Origin: Myxococcota bacterium
GTDB taxonomy: Bacteria > Myxococcota_A > UBA9160 > SZUA-336
DNA: 64,000 nt
Reading direction: 5' to 3'
Assembly: GCA_965247115.1 (NCBI GenBank)
Contig: CBDFGR010000002.1
Location: forward strand, 64,001 to 128,000
The notes under the pieces: model-generated
What the model saw: only the letters and a program-made list of their open reading frames with translations
Database searches by the model: none
What the model was told of the DNA's origin: nothing
Shown: positions 62,038 through 64,000 of the stretch, in pieces
Position numbering within the stretch: the stretch's first letter is position 1
Layout: each line of letters begins with the position of its first letter
Program-made: the position numbers and the translations under genes

Positions 62038-62268
62038 CGGGGACCCAAAGGTGATCCCACTTGCGACCCGCGGCGGCTAATCCTCAAGCATTCTTGTCGG
62101 AAACGAAGCAGCGATCGACCAGCTATCTACACTGGAAGATCCTCGTCTACTCCGGGAAGTCGCGGAGCCCCTTCGACCTCCGCATCTGACGCTGGAGCTT
62201 CACTCCGAAGCTCACTCCTTCCGATAGGGCGTAAAGACCCTCGATCCCGATCCAGGGGAAGTTCGAGC

Positions 62269-62925
62269 ATGAAGACTGACATGGACATCTTCCTGCGGAC
62301 ACCCGAACACGAGCCGCTCTTTCCGGGCAAGGTTCGCGCCGCGACCGACAAGGGCTGCGACGCGGTTTTCCAGCGAGGGGCGTTCATCCTGGAGGACGGC
62401 GCGGAAGTGCTCGTGTTCTACGAGATCAACCGCCACTTCATGCAGCAGCCGGTCCGGGTTGTGTCCGTGGTCGAGAAGGGCCGTCCCCATCCTCGAATCC
62501 TCCAGGAGGAGAGAAACGACGGGGAGACGCGCATCAGGCTCGAGCTCGAGACCACCGGAGACCCGATCCCTGCGGAGAAACGCGAGTGCTACCGTGTGTC
62601 CTGCTACTCGGCGAACGTCAAGGCCCAGCTCGGGGAAAATCCCGCGATGTGCGAGGTGCTCGACCTGAGCGCGACCGGCTTCGCCATCTACTCCGAGACT
62701 CAGTACACCATCGGACAGACGCTAGTGGCGACGCTGTACTACTTCGGCAGGCACGTACTCGGGGCGGCCGTGATCGAGAGCTCCGCTGCCTTCCGAAAGA
62801 AGAACCGGTACGGGCTCCGAGCAGTGGACGACGAGCGCCCGAAGGCCACGCTCAAGAAGGACCTGTACCGCATCAACCTGGTAGTTCAACGCGAGCAGTT
62901 GGCCCGGCTCTCCAGCAACCGCTGA
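62269..62925 (+). CDS. PilZ domain protein
   Basis: KRECYR (RxxxR) and DLSATG (DxSxxG) c-di-GMP motifs. Confidence 0.8.
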   Translation: MKTDMDIFLRTPEHEPLFPGKVRAATDKGCDAVFQRGAFILEDGAEVLVFYEINRHFMQQPVRVVSVVEKGRPHPRILQEERNDGETRIRLELETTGDPIPAEKRECYRVSCYSANVKAQLGENPAMCEVLDLSATGFAIYSETQYTIGQTLVATLYYFGRHVLGAAVIESSAAFRKKNRYGLRAVDDERPKATLKKDLYRINLVVQREQLARLSSNR

Positions 62926-63078
62926 CTCGCGAGGGGAGCTGCACCCCCTCCTCCCCCCGCACAGCTCGGCCATGCGAACCCAGAGCTGACGCTGGGAGTC
63001 CACGCGCTACGTCCTCCAAGATGAGGAGGAAGACCTCTCCTTCCTCGACTACGACAGGCGTGCGCGGACTTGACTCTC

Positions 63079-63108
63079 TATTTTTTCGACAGTGCTGTCG
63101 AAAAAATA
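63079..63108. promoter_or_regulatory. Inverted repeat, probable TetR operator
   Basis: TATTTTTTCGACAG-TG-CTGTCGAAAAAATA (14-bp arms) abuts the ATG; TTGACT -35-like hexamer at 63070-63075. Confidence 0.75.
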
Positions 63109-63701
63109 TGCCAAAGCTCGTCGATGCCGCCGTGCAGCGGCGCGAGATCTGTGACGTGGCACGACAGGTGTTCGCCAAGCGCGGTCTCAATGGGACAGGG
63201 CTCACCCACGTCGCCGAGGCGGCCGGAATGGGGCGGTCGAGCCTCTACCACTACTTTCCCGACAAAGCGTCTCTGCTGCGCGAGCTGGTGCGCGATCAGT
63301 TGGAAGTCGAAGAAACGCTCTTTCACGCCGCACTCGAAGGCAACGAGTCACCGCTGGATCGCATTCTGGGTCTGATGGAGGCCCAGGTGGAACTCTTCCA
63401 CTCGTGGCGGCACACCGCTTCGCTGACCGTCGAGATGTGGTCGACTCAGTCCTCGCGCTTCCGCCCGTTCTTTCGGTGGATTCGGACGTCCCTCGCGGCT
63501 CTGATCGAAGAGGGACAACAAACGGGCGAGATCGATGCTGCGATCGATGCGTCTCACGCGGCCACGGCCATAGTCGCGCTGATCGACGGGCTGCTGCTAC
63601 AGTACATCGTTGACTCGCGCGCGTTCGACGACCCCGACACCTGGCGCGACACGTTGGTTACGAGCGTTCGCAAGCAGCTTCAGTCCGAGCCGAGTGTATG
63701 A
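63108..63701 (+). CDS. TetR/AcrR family transcriptional regulator
   Basis: HTH VAEAAGMGRSSLYHYFPDK. Confidence 0.93.
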   Translation: MPKLVDAAVQRREICDVARQVFAKRGLNGTGLTHVAEAAGMGRSSLYHYFPDKASLLRELVRDQLEVEETLFHAALEGNESPLDRILGLMEAQVELFHSWRHTASLTVEMWSTQSSRFRPFFRWIRTSLAALIEEGQQTGEIDAAIDASHAATAIVALIDGLLLQYIVDSRAFDDPDTWRDTLVTSVRKQLQSEPSV

Positions 63702-64000
63702 GTTCACTCGCCCTCATGCGTTGGCTCGAGAACACGCCCGCGCGTTACGACCGAGGCATGCGGGTCATCACGCTCGGGCGCGTCGCCGAGCTGCACGAGG
63801 CTCTCGTCGCCGCGGCGACCCAGAAGGCTGACGCGCGCGTGCTCGAGATCGGCTGCGGCACAGGCGCCGTCACGCTACGCCTGGCCGAGCGGGGCGCGCA
63901 CGGGATCGGACTAGACCAGAACCCGGAGATGCTCGAACGGGCGCGCACGCGGCTGGCTGACGCGGCTATAGAGCGCTTCGAGCTCGTCGAGAAAACGGCG
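63698..64000 (+). CDS. Class I SAM methyltransferase, CpaM-like (3'-partial)
   Basis: Translated by hand: MSSLALMRWLENTPARYDRGMRVITLG..VLEIGCGTG..GLDQNPEML. ATGA overlap with the TetR stop; absent from the ORF track because it runs off the window. Confidence 0.8.
   Translation, partial: MSSLALMRWLENTPARYDRGMRVITLGRVAELHEALVAAATQKADARVLEIGCGTGAVTLRLAERGAHGIGLDQNPEMLERARTRLADAAIERFELVEKTA

Noticed and set aside
62038..62268. Possible c-di-GMP riboswitch or sigma28 promoter before the PilZ gene
   Set aside because: No recognisable GEMM consensus, and promoter spacing does not fit.

Overview
GC-rich bacterial DNA with a few more AT-rich genes. The gene mix (DUF222-like HNH, PilZ, many SDR/crotonase/thiolase paralogues) is compatible with a Myxococcota-like environmental genome, but taxonomy is only an inference. 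Most of the ~65 genes are catabolic or redox enzymes. The window also holds: an RND efflux pair; a complete 1275-bp IS5-family element with CTAG target duplication that splits a truncated-haemoglobin gene; a solitary HNH gene bracketed by related CCGGG-centred palindromes; an orphan PilX-like pilin fused to DNRLRE/propeller domains; an lvaBAC-like kinase/ACAD module; and a TetR gene with a perfect operator-like palindrome followed by a CpaM-like methyltransferase at the right edge. The most striking structure is a tightly coupled operon joining a partner-switching module (GAF-PP2C, RsbW-like kinase, STAS) to an MlaE/F/D-PqiC MCE transporter with no sigma factor. Four genes are broken by small indels or a stop, mostly in homopolymer or dinucleotide runs, which may be assembly errors. 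I saw no rRNA, tRNA or CRISPR array. All family calls come from motif recognition by eye, not from database searches.
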